From assembly GCF_006345805.1 (NCBI RefSeq), contig NC_043018.1, forward strand, positions 17,174,001-17,238,000: DNA of 64,000 nt. Direction: 5' to 3'. Under the pieces are notes generated by a model. That model was not told where the DNA came from and did not search any database. It saw only the letters and a program-made list of their open reading frames with translations. Shown one piece after another: positions 38,084 to 51,479 of this stretch. Both the position numbers and the translations under genes were made by a program. How positions within the stretch are numbered: position 1 is the first letter of the stretch; each line of letters begins with the position of its first letter. The stretch is from Octopus sinensis. Taxonomy: Eukaryota.

Positions 38084-39714
38084 CTGTATTTATAGAGATA
38101 AGTAAATCCGATGATATACAAGGAAGCCTTATTTGTGTGTTTTCTCTTCTCACTGATCGGTGGTAAATAAAATATATTTTCTGCTCAAAATCGGAAAACC
38201 CTGAAGCATTGGAACAAACATAAATGTAGATTATAGAATGTGGATGAGAAATTATAACACGTTCCTGTGTCCAGTTCTATGCAGCGCTAAATGAGACTAT
38301 TTTGAAATTAAAATAAAATCCAAATTTGCATTTTAAAGCGGCTACAGCAGATATTGGGAATGTAGGTGTTTGAAACAACAGCAAAACAGGTGACACTACT
38401 AAATTATTTCAAGATTTCGGAATGAAAATTCCTTTATGAAGAGAAACACAAAAGTAAAACTTGAATGTGTGATATGCAGATAGGAATATGCTAAAGTGTA
38501 ATTCGAAGAATGACAGTGATACATATGATGGGAAGTTCTTGCTGAATGCCGTTGAAGGAAGAACATATTTTATTAATAACGATTCCTTTTTTTTATTCTA
38601 CATATTCTGAAACTTGCAATGACCCAGGATGACATATCTCATGATATTTCATTTTATTGAAGAAAACATTTTATGGGTGCAAATGCATGAACACACATGT
38701 GCTTGCACACATTATACAGCGCTATTTGTTTATATGCATACATACACTCACACGTCCACACACAGCCACACACACTGACAAACACACACACACACACATC
38801 TATATCAAACTTTTACAAACCGCTTTGATAGTATTATTTTTTTAATATATTCTCTGCATAATGATGGTTTATATTAATAGTTTTTTTTTTCTCTTACCGT
38901 AGGAATAATAAAAGTTTTGATGTTTGTGTTAATTGTGCTGATAACATGTCGACGACGACGATGACGATAATGACAAAGGTTTTGGCACTGGGGACGAACG
39001 GTGAGCGGCGATGGTGAAGATGTATTTTAACCGAACAAATGACGTCAAACGAAGAATTACTACGTGCAAAGAACACATCGGCAGCCATTTGTTCACACTT
39101 TCCTTCGTTTTATCACTTGATTTATATTTGCAAAGCAACTTCCACAGCTGTACAGACTATTATATAATGAAACAAAACATTGAAGAAATAAAGGATAGTT
39201 TATTACATGTCAAATACAGGTACTTTTAGTTTTCGTTATTTAATTACTTGCAAGTTATAAGGGAATTTATCTTCAAACGTATCGATAATAATTCTTAAAA
39301 CGGAATACAAACACAAGAGGCCCAAGTTAATAACTCTAAGATTATAAATGCCAGTACTTCTGCAAATGAATGTCGTAGTGGCCGCCTTTCCAACATTTGT
39401 GCAGCAAAACCAATCATTCATCCGGCCATGCAGCACAACCAGATATTTTTGTTAAACTTCTTACTCCAAACTTCCTTTATTTTCTATTCTCTTTGAACTT
39501 GCAGAACGCTGTTTTGGCTGAATTTCAGTTCTGCTGAAAACATTTATTTTGAACCAAGTTCTGTGTCATCCACGAATATATAATCTGAAGCGAGCCTGCA
39601 AACTTTGAGCTGATTCAACGGAAGGGAGACGTGTTCTAAGTCAACATGTTTAATACGAGGTCCGCAGCTGAAGCCAATAGCATTTTTTGGAAGATTTATC
39701 GGCTAGCTCGGTTA

Positions 39715-40110
39715 TCTTTATATATAAAAGTGAGGTTGTGTGCTGTCTGTCTCCTACGATTTAGATTCCTAACTACTCCCACATTTTGCGGTGCAGTTTA
39801 ACCAAAAGCGGGTATCTTATAGTCCTGATTCATATCGAGCCCTTCTGGGTATTAGCGCGCGTCTACGATGAGTCTACGATTAAAAAAAAAAATTACCATC
39901 AATTTTTCCCATTTTTAATGCATTTTTGGCATATATAAGGGAAGTAACTCTCTAAAATTTATTATTAAATCTCACAACGTAAACAGCTACAGTAATACCC
40001 CCCCCTTTGTGGTTAACCATATTGAGATGGCTATTATATTTTACATCTCTAAAAATGCTTATATAGTTATTTCCCTTACAAACCCGAGCAACGCCGGACG
40101 ATACTGCTAG
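39715..40110 (+). mobile_element. Non-autonomous Helitron (variant middle)
   Basis: A|TC...CCCGAGCAACGCCGG..CTAG|T. Confidence 0.88.
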
Positions 40111-41577
40111 TATAGGATAACGAAACAATCTATGACTGTTTCGGCACAATTATTTATCAAATTTCACCTCGTCGTTCTTATGTTCGTCTTTGCAAATATC
40201 TGAGCAGGAGATTAACGGTTCGAGTCTTTACATCTCTAGGCAACCCAGTCCTAGTCTATTCATAAGTGTTGCCTCGCAAAACATTGTGTCATGCATATTC
40301 TGCTTTGAAAAGGAAATTAAGTGAACGCGTGTCTGTGGGAAACTCATCTACTTCGCGCAGTAAATTATTGATTATGTATTGCAGTCGATTAAGGGATGAT
40401 GGAGCAGGAAGAGATACCAGCAAGAGACTCCATCACCAACAAGCTGAATAGGGTGTGATATTAGTGGATTTCGGAGTTTACTCTTGTGTATTTGAGTAAG
40501 AATAATTAGGAAAATGATCAGATTAATCACTCATGGAATTCGATACCAAAGAAATAAATACGTTAATTTTTGTTGGAGAGAGCGGGAATTTTTGCCTTAT
40601 CGTAGGCAGGTGTACAGTACAATTCTTTTTACCTTTTCTATGTGTCCCCTGGCGGGGATGCATGTCAAAATGTGGCTTCATATAAAATTGGCCAAAGGTC
40701 AGGTGTAAACAGGTGACTCAAGTTGATGGACACCTTAGAAAGTTACTATTGTTCTGATGAAATTTCAGCACAATATAAGTATCTAATTCCATCCAGACGT
40801 CTGGCATCGACTCAAGATAGCGGTAAAATTCCTTTGGTCAAATTCCTCCTGCTCAGCAATTTTGAGCAAGAAATGAAATGCTGATAAAATAAAACATATG
40901 TAGTACCACCATTTTAAACATTTAGTTTAATATTTATTTTGCCCCATCACCTTATTTTGCCAACAAAGATATAAGAAAGAGGAATTAAAATTGAATAAAG
41001 AATTTGAAAGTAGTATAACTTTGTGGTCTGCTTCAGTAACACATTCTTGTCTCAGAGACACATTTGGAAAGATTAATTCGAGGAAGGCGAGGAAGAAGAC
41101 TTAGAGTAGATTACTTAACATTTATACATCAACTTCAAAATTCTGTTAACAGAAGCACAGCACTTGGCGAAGTTTATTTACTGTAATTATAATATATAGG
41201 TCTATAAATATGTAGATAGACAGCAATGTGTGTGACAATGATTCAATGTTTGCAAATACATAGGAAAATTAATGAACTTTATTTTATAAAATGAAATATT
41301 GCAGTCTTGTGAAATGAAGATATATTTCCAGCGAATCGAGTATGCAACACATCTTCAAATTCTCTGCAAGTAAATTTATATCAGTCACACTAAATGTCTT
41401 GCGTTTCTGTTCGCAGCCAATAGTCTTGAGAGAAATAAAATTCGCTTGATTTGCCACCCAATAACTTATATAAATACGTACTTTTTCACAGTTCGATCAG
41501 TGATCAATGTTTCATGAAGCTTTTATTTTCATATCATTGAATATCATTAACAATCCTAAATCTCGTTTTATTTGAAG

Positions 41578-41665
41578 CATCTGACTGGGTTTCACACGGA
41601 CGCCGCGTTTACTATTCAAACGCAACTCAAGATAACGACATGTCTTGTGCAGTTATTCAGCCAAA
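41578..41665 (+). CDS. Candidate exon (SDWVSHGRRVYYSNATQDNDMSCAVIQP)
   Basis: Open frame between a ttttatttgaag acceptor and a |gtattc donor; more GC-balanced than its flanks. Confidence 0.22.
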
Positions 41666-41786
41666 GTATTCATTACGTCATCGACATAAAAAGTTGGTCT
41701 TCATCCGATTCGTGGTCACATGACCAACGATACAACTGCATCCCTGGAAGGACATAGTTAAGTAGTAATTATATAACGTTCATTCC

Positions 41787-41843
<57 letters not shown>

Positions 41844-42394
41844 TACAAATATATATATTCACACACACACGCACATACATCACACATATATTTATACTCA
41901 TGTGTTTTCATGTACAAGTGTACCTATGTACGTACGTGTATGTGAGTATTTGTGTGTGCATGTGTGTGTGTGATTGCGTCTCTCACTCTCTCTCTCTCGC
42001 TCCGTCGCTCTTTGACCGTATGTGGTGTTAGGTGAAAATGTAATACAGTTGACTGCTTGAACAATATCACTAAAAAATTATATCTCAGTGAGCTCATTCA
42101 TTTTTACAGATCAACAAATGTCCATTATGTAATACAAAGAACACCGTGCATTTAGCAGTTAATGAATCTACAGCAATTAAATCAATGCAGTGTTCGAATA
42201 CAAATGAACACAAACACACATCAAAATGCTTATTTCAATTTTTTAAAAAAATTCTTTTCCACCTTAATTTATATATAACATTTCCTTGCCTTTATAATTT
42301 GTTTCCTCTCATTATTGATTGTGATGTTGAACGAGCAAAATTTTGAAAGGTTTAATCTTTCGAGAGAGGTATATCTTCATATATGTACTACAAT

Positions 42395-42572
42395 ATAAGG
42401 AATGTATTTCTGTGATTCTTTTGCAAATATGTTTTAAGTCACCTCAAACTACCAGAACTCTGGTTAAGAACCTTCCAACCGACACCCTCCGCTCTTTTTA
42501 CGAAGATGTCTTCCAACTCTTCCTTGCACTATTTTAACACAAGGATAAGACTTGAAGGTGATTTACTGAATA
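42395..42572. repeat. ~180-bp direct repeat, copy 1 (contains exon-like 42453-42528 on minus)
   Basis: Matches 46676-46858 at about 92% overall. Confidence 0.92.
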
Positions 42573-43379
42573 ATTTCAGTAGGTCCGTCAGCCATTTAAA
42601 AACTTCTCCATTTGTTCAAAAGTCTATATATTTTATAAAGTGAGGAGCGATTGCTGGAAACAAATAACAGAAACAAAGTGATGTGGAGTTTACTTCTCAG
42701 AGCTTCTATGTCTGTGCATGTATGCGTACGTGCGTGTATATGTGCACGTACGCGTGTGTATATGTGCATGTGTCTGTGAGTGAGTAAATGCTTGTAATTT
42801 CGAAACACTCCATCGCTACGTTCTTTGTACTTTTGGATGAGAGAGACTTGAGGAAGGTGCGGTGAGGCGTTAACGGAATAGAAACATGTTCCATTATTTT
42901 TTGACAAATGACCATCTTGAACCATTCTTCTTCAAGTGAAAAGTGGAGAAATAACAATCAGCGTCGAAGAGATTTAGAGTTGATGCATACATACACCTAC
43001 ATATAAACGGATACTTATCCATTACACATGCATACAATCATATAAATGTACCTGTCTATACATATATGTATGTGTGTGTGTGTGTATGCGCTTGTGTGTG
43101 CATATATATATATATGGGGGTGAGATATTTGGCCAGTGTCTGTGATTTATTATAACAACAGAGAATTGGCACAAAGAATAAATTCAGAAAAGGTACAACA
43201 GAAGAAAGAGAAAATGATAGCGCGAAATAAAAAAAAGAGAAAAGAACCCGGCTGGATAGAGAAAACAAAGAATTAGCAATACCAGTAGATGAAGAAATGG
43301 AAGAATATCGAAATAAATGGTAATGGAAATAACAAAAACAATGATAAAATAAATACTAATAATAGCAGGCGGTGTCTCC

Positions 43380-43840
43380 CATGGTTTCTCATCATAACTG
43401 ATTGGAAGTGCTATCATGTGTATTGTTTGTCTTCGTATAAATGATGGGCTACAGTAAACATTCTGCTGAAAACCAAGGCTTTGATGCTGTACAGGGCAGT
43501 GACTCGCCTAGATTTTCATCTTAACTGATTGGAAGTGTTATCATGTACATTGTTTTGTCTTCGTTAAAAGATGGGCTACAGTAAACATTTTGCTGAAAAC
43601 CAAGGCTTTGATGCTGTACAAGGCAGTGACTCTCCTAACTTTTCATCTTCACTGATTGGAAGTGTTATCAGGTACATTGTTTTGTCTTCGTATAAATGAT
43701 GGGCAACAGTAAACATTCTGCTGAAAACCAAGGCTTTGATGCTGTACAAGTCAGTGGTTCTCCTAGCTTTTCATCTTAACTGATTGGAAGTATTATCATG
43801 TAAATTGTTTTGTCTTGGTATAAAAGATGGACTACAGCAA
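43380..43840. repeat. Minisatellite, 127-bp unit x ~3.5
   Basis: ACTGATTGGAAGT recurs at about 43397, 43524, 43651 and 43779. Confidence 0.95.
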
Positions 43841-43994
43841 AGAACGAGCTTGAGCAATGAGTAGAAAAAGTAGGATAGGGGTGACAATGAACAAGGAACT
43901 GCACTCTAAAAGTGATATTAATAGACTGTATATTTTTAGATGCAATGGACGATGAGGTCTCATGAAATGCTAGATCTGTATGTTAAATGAGGAA

Positions 43995-44432
43995 ATCAGT
44001 CTGGTATGATATGTCGAACAGCACAATGGAATTCTTTTGCTGTTAGAAATAGCCACACGACACCTAATGCAAATGTGACACACAAAACCATTTCAGAAAC
44101 CAGATGGACCACAAAGATTAAATAATCGCACAATGAAAAGAATGCGTAGAGAATACCAAAGAGAAATGGAAGTGAATGACAAAACCAACAGCTGGAGCTG
44201 ACTAAGAGAAAGGGATTTGAAAAGATGCACTGAGGCATTGATATGCAGCGCCTAGGAACAAACTCCGACGAATAATCACAAGTTCCAAATAGATAAAAAA
44301 CTATGTTGGATATGTGGCAGCAAAAATGAACTAATTTCGCATATTGTGAATAAGTGCTGCAATCTGGGCCAATAGGAATACAAAAGGACGAATGATAAGG
44401 TTTGTTCAGTGGGAATTGTGTGAGAAGTTGCG
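43995..44432 (+). mobile_element. Decayed R4/Dong-like (RLE-type) non-LTR retrotransposon fragment
   Basis: SWS*LRERDLKRCTEALICSA*EQT..LCWICGSKNELISHIVNKC..EYKR: CCHC knuckle with the TE.LI.AAQEQ-type context of RLE LINEs; in-frame stops. Confidence 0.72.
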
Positions 44433-45020
44433 TATTTAACACGTTTGTTTACGTTTTTCCTATTGTTTAAACCGTTGGTGAAATCTTGTATATGAAATGC
44501 ATGTATATATATATATTATATATATATATAAAGAACAAAACGCCTCCCCTCCGTCCAATGGACGGTGTTGAGTTGTCAAACATTTAAACCAAATTTTCTC
44601 AAAACAACTTGTCCGACCTTCGCATAGGCCTCCCCATTGAAAAACACTGATTTAACCTAACTTTGAAATAAACTAAGAAGTTTTATTCATTTAATGCTGG
44701 GTTGGAAATCCGTTTGTAATAAGTGCACAGGGCCGCATTTGATGTTGATGCAATTGTGGACAAAACGACGGGCAGAGTTTTGTACAAAAATATATCAATC
44801 AAAACCAAGGTGGGTAGGAATCAGGGTAGGTAAACATCTATGGGGAGACATGAACTCATGACAGAAATGCTACCAAACCAATTACGTGTATTATATATAT
44901 TCAAAGGCAAATAAAAAATGGTTGCGCTCGAAATGGAGGGACCACTACTGCCAGTGTACATGCATACACAGACGCATGTTTCTGTATTAACACACATATA
45001 CCTATGTACGCATGAGTATG

Positions 45021-45105
<85 letters not shown>

Positions 45106-45233
45106 CATAAATGCGTGGTTGCATACATGCATACATACAAACAAACATGCATATATACATAGTGTACGTATAAGAATCTATCTCTACCCTGACGGTGTCG
45201 AAAGTCTCTTCCTTCTAACCATCTCCTATCTTT

Positions 45234-45317
<84 letters not shown>

Positions 45318-45325
<8 letters not shown>

Positions 45326-45422
45326 TTGCTTATGTATATTATTAACGTATTTCTGCCTCCAGTAAATAATTTTATTCCTTTCCCAATAGACGAGAGAGAG
45401 AGAGAGGGGGAGATAGATAGAC

Positions 45423-45467
<45 letters not shown>

Positions 45468-45548
45468 TAAATAGATAGATATTGCTTATGTATATTATTA
45501 ACGTATTTCTGCCTGTAGTAAATTATTTTATTCCTTTCCCAATAGACG
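45318..45548. repeat. Tandem duplication (~156-bp period) between (AG)/(AGAT) tracts
   Basis: ATTGCTTATGTATATTATTAACGTATTTCTGCCT..TTCCCAATAGACG occurs twice. Confidence 0.9.
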
Positions 45549-45892
45549 TAATCATAATATTAATGTATTTCTGTATGTGGAAACTAATAAACAATGCATA
45601 GCATCACCTGAATTTATAATAACACGTTATGAATAAAACTACTGACGTTTTATAAAGCATTGTTAGTTTTATAACAAATTTAATATTTTGAATATTTCCA
45701 AATGTAAATAGGCATTCATTTCACGGAAAATTCATTAAATGTATCAATGCACGTTGATACAAGATCAGTGCGTTCGTTTCTCGTGTTTTCTTCAATAATG
45801 TGGTGACATATTTCAGAAGGTCGTATCTCTCGGTAGTATTTTATCCATTTTCTAATCAACGATGTAGATTATGAAGTTGTAAGCTGCCGATT

Positions 45893-46283
45893 GTGGAGGC
45901 GCAATGGCCCAGTGGTTAGGGCAGCGGACTCGCGGTCATAGGATCGCGGTTTCGATTCCCAGACCGGGCGTTGTGAGTGTTTATTGAGCGAAAACACCTA
46001 AAAGCTCCACGAGGCTCCGGCGGGGGATGGTGGTGCGATCCCTGCTCTACTCTTTCACCACAACTTTCTCTCACTCTTACTTCCTGTTTCTGTTGTACCT
46101 GTATTTCAAAGGGCCGGTCTTGTCACTCTCTGTGTCGCGCTGAATATCCCCGAGAACTACGTTAAGGGTACACGTGTCTGTGGAGTGCTCAGCTACTTAC
46201 ACGTTAATTTCACGAGCAGGCTGTTCCGTTGATTCGGATCAACCGGAACCCTCGTCGTCGTGACCGACGGAGTGCTTCCATCC
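45893..46283 (+). mobile_element. SINE family C with 12-bp TSD
   Basis: AAGCTGCCGATT at 45881-45892 and 46284-46295. Confidence 0.95.
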
Positions 46284-46675
46284 AAGCTGCCGATTACAGT
46301 AGCTACCATTGACACTAAAGCCTATATAATTCAATGGGATCTGACATATTTACTATAAATGGCTTGGGCAAAATCGATCACCTGACCAACTAAATTTTCT
46401 ATAAACGTATCGATATTTTCATCGAATCCATCGCACAGAATGGTAGATTTCACGTAAATAATCACAGAATGGTAGCTTTCACGTAAATAATCACATCCTT
46501 TTTAAAATTGGAAGTTTGTTCTACATTCCTGTTGAAAACGTACATAATATTTTATCTGCAGCGTTATGGGTGTCTGGCAAGTTTATGAAAAAAGTGTATT
46601 AATGCAATCTCTCCAATGCAATTGTCCAATGTTCTGTAAGCGTATAGAGGGCTAACGAATAACATATATGCATTA

Positions 46676-46858
46676 CAATATAAAGAATGCATTTAAGTGA
46701 TTCTTTTGCAAATATGTTTTAAGTCACACCAAACTACCAAAACTCTGATTAAGAACCTTCCAACCGACACCCTCCGCTCTTTTTACGAAGATGTCTTCCA
46801 ACTCATCCTTGCACTATTTTAACACCAGAATAAGACTTGATGGTTATTTACTGAATAA
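46676..46858. repeat. ~180-bp direct repeat, copy 2 (contains exon-like 46738-46813 on minus)
   Basis: Matches 42395-42572. Confidence 0.92.
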
Positions 46859-46978
46859 CAATTAACCGCGATCTCTACAAGAGACCGAGTAAGTCCTGTT
46901 ATTGAATCCAGCTAAAATCAATGTTATTTTTTAAAGCTCGCTTCAGAACAGCTGAATGGGGAGAATATATACGAAAAC

Positions 46979-47283
46979 GTGGAGGCGCAATGGCCCAGTG
47001 GTTAGAGCAGCGGACTCGCGGTCGCAGGATCGTGGTTTCGATTTCCAGACCGGGCGTTGTGAGTGTTTATTGAGCGAAAACACCTAAAAGCTCCACGACG
47101 CTCCGGCAGGGGTTGGTGATTCCTGCTGTACTCTTTTACCACTCTTTCTCCCACTCTTTCTTCTGTTTGCCTGCTCGCTTAGCCAGCGGGGTGGCGTCAT
47201 TCGAAGGCTAAAACAATGCGAACGCATTATGACCAGCGATGTGTAACAACATCTGATGGTCTGGTCGGTCACGTGATCACGTG
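46979..47283 (+). mobile_element. SINE family D (family C head, different tail)
   Basis: First ~180 bp match family C; tail is GCTCGCTTAGCCAGCGGGGTGGCGTCATT..CACGTGATCACGTG; TSD ATATA(C/G)GAAAAC. Confidence 0.9.
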
Positions 47284-47897
47284 ATATAGGAAAACAAATC
47301 GCAAACATTTTGAAGAACGGTATTTGGTAAGAATAGGGAAGAAAGAGAGGATATTCATTACAGAAACAAAAAAACAAAGAATTTTCCACAAGAAAAGTAT
47401 TTTGGTTTGTCGGTAAAAGATGCATACAGTATGTAAGTATTTCTTCCTTCGATTTTAGATCAAATTTATTCTTGAATATCTCCATCATCTCATTTTAGCA
47501 TGTTTTCATTATGTCCCATTTATTTGAGAATGCCCCCGTTAGTTACAAGATCCTAACGGGAGTAGCCTCTGCTTTACTACATTTTAACATAAATATTAGG
47601 TTGAAGGATATGTCGATCATGGTCGCATATCTTCCGAGTGGACGACACTTTTATCAACGTAATGGTATTCTAACGGGAACAATCAGAAAAGTAAATCATT
47701 GTATTTATTAGGCAAACCTGTCGAACTGATGAAGGTGTCCCTACTCTTCACGAAACCTGCTAGAAATAACAACCAAATCTCTCGCATTGAAACCTACAGA
47801 TTCAAATATGGAAATATACTTTGCTAATATAGTACCCGATGTTCAAATGAGTCATGCTGGAATGCACTTGAAGATATGCCTGATCAATTAATTTTAG

Positions 47898-48046
47898 ATG
47901 AGATGCAGCACGGATTTTTGTCAGTGAACAGATCGCGGTCTTAACGCGACGAAAATATTTTGACAAATTAAACTTGAATGTCGAAGTGAACCGAACGGAT
48001 TTAGTGTGTTTCTTAAATGGCTTACAAACACCTTCCACGCTGCAAT
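47898..48046 (+). mobile_element. Family H element (3'-truncated) with G3:C8 hammerhead variant at 47917-47967
   Basis: UUUGUCA GUGAACA G AUCGC[GGUCUUAAC]GCGAC GAAAAUAUUU/UGACAAA. Confidence 0.85.
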
Positions 48047-48828
48047 TAATTTTAAGAACTCTGTGTAATGTAAATCTTTGCTATTCAAGCTCAACGTTCT
48101 CAATAAATCATAAAAGGATACAAAACATTCTCATTTTGCACATTTCAGAAAAGTGTTAGGTGGAGAGCATTAGATGGGGCCAATTATAAAATGTCATCTC
48201 TGATCATAATTACTTTAAATTACACATTTATACTCTACAACTGAAAACACACGTCTGATAACAGGCACTGGACAGCCATATTCACCCAGTAGTGCCGCAT
48301 TGATACAACTGAGTTTGTGGCTTATACACAAATGATTTTGATTCTTGATGTCTTAGTAGTTTTGTAAGATTTATTCCGCAGCATTTTTTAGAACTATGAT
48401 GATTAAAATCTTATAAGTGATTCTAAATATTTTATGTAGGTAACTAGAATAGTAGATAGAAAATTCCTCGAATCTATGTGTTAGAGCTCCCATTGATATA
48501 TCTATGGTCGGGTCGTCGAGGACACACTGGCAACCCTACCGAGCTTGCTCGGTGAGGAGTCACACCCTGTGGGATGAAAAGTAAGACCCGTCAAAGCTTG
48601 AAGGAACTCATGAGTATTCAACGGCTATCCAACAATGTGTGGGGTGCTATTGTGAGATATTTGTGCACGTGAGTGTATATTGTTTAATATATGTACCAAC
48701 TGAAAGAAGCATCGTTTCTTCATCAGTCTACTGGTTTTCAAAACATATTGACGTTTACTTTAACAACGAGCGCTTGGTCGTATTTTTTTTTTAGTTTCAG
48801 CTCAGAGCTGCGGACATGGTGATGCACC

Positions 48829-49034
<206 letters not shown>

Positions 49035-49340
49035 GTGGAGGCGCAATGGCCCAGTGGTTAGGGCAGCGGACTCGCGGTCATAGGATCGCGGTTTCGATTC
49101 CCAGACCGGGCGTTGTGAATGTTTATTGAGCGAAAACACCTAAAGCTCCACGAGGCTCCGGCAGGGGTGGGGTGGCTTTCCCTGCTGTACTCTTTCGCCA
49201 CAACTTTCTCTCACTCTTTCTTCTGTTGGCATGCTCGCTTAGCCAGCGGGGTGGCGTCATTTGAAGGCTAAAGCAATGCGCAGCGCATTGTGACCAGCGA
49301 TGTGTAGCGACATCTGATAGTCTGGTCGGTCACGGTGACG

Positions 49341-49344
<4 letters not shown>
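49035..49344 (+). mobile_element. SINE family D
   Basis: Matches 46979-47283; inserted among microsatellites. Confidence 0.9.
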
Positions 49345-49375
<31 letters not shown>

Positions 49376-50357
49376 CGCTAGGGTATCATATTTAGCTTCG
49401 TTTTCAAACTGAACTTATTTCATTGCACACTCGTCAGAATGATAGGAACGTCAATGGTTATAACCGTGAAGTAACGCCACATTTTAGTACCTTATAATAC
49501 ATTTAATTTCCTGTAAGTTGGGCAGTTTAATGCTGGATTCTGCGTTCCGAATATGAACATTCAATGATTTGATCAGCATATGCTTCTTCATCGAGATTTC
49601 GCCAGTAATTAACTGACTCAATCAACTTGCCATTTGGTAATAAATTTCTACATTTATGATACACGTATACTAGAGGTAATGGGGAAGGACAGAGAAGGAA
49701 GCATTGACCGATGTTTTAGGGAGCTTCTGAAGTTATCGAATAAGAGAGGCTGTACGATAACATTTAAAAATACGAGAACAAAATGTGCAGATGAAAAATA
49801 GGGAAGACTAAATCAATTCCTGGAAGGAATTCTTCCAAAGCCCAAATTGGCGAACGTTCAAGGTTAGAGAAAAAGGTGTACTTGTAGGAAGATACAAAAT
49901 TTAATATTCCCCTATATCGTTATATTCTTAAACAGCTGCAGATGGCATATAATTAAGTGATGGAGACTACACCAGCACACTTGTGGTGCCTGCACACTAC
50001 TAAAACCTAGTAACGTTCCAAATTCAGAAAATTCAATTGATACGGCAAAGTGTAGCTCTGATCAAGACAGACTAAGAAAAAAATTGTCCAATTTATATTA
50101 ATTAAATATAGATTCTACAACCAGAAACAGTTTACAGCTTCGGCAGGAAACAGGAAACGAAACAACGAATGAAATACAATATTACTGACCTTAACATTGT
50201 TACAAGGTGTCCAATAAAAATGTGCATGAATTTATTCCTACAAAATATATGCATAGGATTACGTATATTTGTATATATACATGCAGATATTTATGTATCG
50301 GTCCATCTGCCTGTCTATTTGTCTATGTATGTATATGTGTATATATGTATGGATCTA

Positions 50358-50423
<66 letters not shown>

Positions 50424-51034
50424 AATATATTAGACGACTTTACTGTATATGATAATGCCCACACATCTATCGCCTTGTGGGTATATACATATGCGTGCAT
50501 GGGTATGCATATGTGTCCATTTATACATATATGCACGGCTTGATGTTTACTTATAACTCGTTGCAATTCTCAACAGTTATTGACTGTGCAGTGCCACAAC
50601 TTACCAATTAATGTCTAATTTGAAAAATCTTCAGATATTCTGTAATAAGATTTTTATTAATATCATTAAGTGATCTGTCTTGTAGCAATTAACTGGTCTG
50701 TATTAATTAATGCTCGCTAATAATGTGTTTTCTGTTGTTATTTATTCATTTCATACATTTAAGTTTTATATTCATAAAGTCATCTCAATTTTCCAGGAAA
50801 ATATGTGCTCTTCAAATTCAAATGTACTCTTTATTTTTCAATTTTCTTTTCCTTATACATTATAGAAGATGTTTTGCGTTTCTGAATCATGTCTGTCTGA
50901 ATTTGGGATTGAAATCTCCCTCACACCGGCTCAAATTAACCTTTTCATTCATATTAATTTTTGTTTTTAATATCATAAATACTTAATCTGCCGATATCAA
51001 TTCATTCTGTACGTCTGTGTAAAGCTATCGTACA

Positions 51035-51453
51035 GAGTGACTGTGTGGTAAGTAGCTTGCTAAACAACTACATGGTTCCGGGTTCAGTCCCACTGCGTGG
51101 CATCTTGGGCAAGTGTCTTCTGCTATAGCCCCGGGCTGACCAATGCCTTGTGAGTGGATTTTGTAGACGGAAACTGAAAGAAGCTTGTCGTATATATATA
51201 TATATGTGTGTGTGTATATATATATGTATGTGTGTGTGTTTGTGTGTCTGTGTTTGTCCCCCTAGCATTGCTTGACAACCGATGCTGGTGTGTTTACGTC
51301 CCCGACACTTAGCGGTTCGGCAAAAGAGACTGATAGAATAAGTACTGGGCTTACAAAGAATAAGTCCCGGGGTCGATTTGCTCGACTAAAGGCGGTGCTC
51401 CAGCATGGCCGCCGCAGTCAAATGACTGAAACAAGTAAAAGAGTAAAAGAGTA
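51035..51453 (+). mobile_element. SINE family A
   Basis: Match to 515-920. Confidence 0.9.
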
Positions 51454-51479
51454 TCTAAAGATGATAATTGTTTTCAACT

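Noticed and set aside
46435-46495. 29-bp unit repeated twice, superficially CRISPR-like
   Set aside because: Adjacent tandem duplication with no spacers; eukaryotic context.
47720-47765. CTGATGAAG..CACGAAAC hammerhead-like string
   Set aside because: No stem I partner and no proper stem III; 3' side runs into another repeat.
48552-48730. GTGAGGA-hairpin-GAAAAGTA at 48552-48585 and CTGATGAAGAAAC on the minus strand at ~48710-48730
   Set aside because: Unpaired G3/G8, four or more lesions, or stem II absent; cannot be supported as ribozymes.
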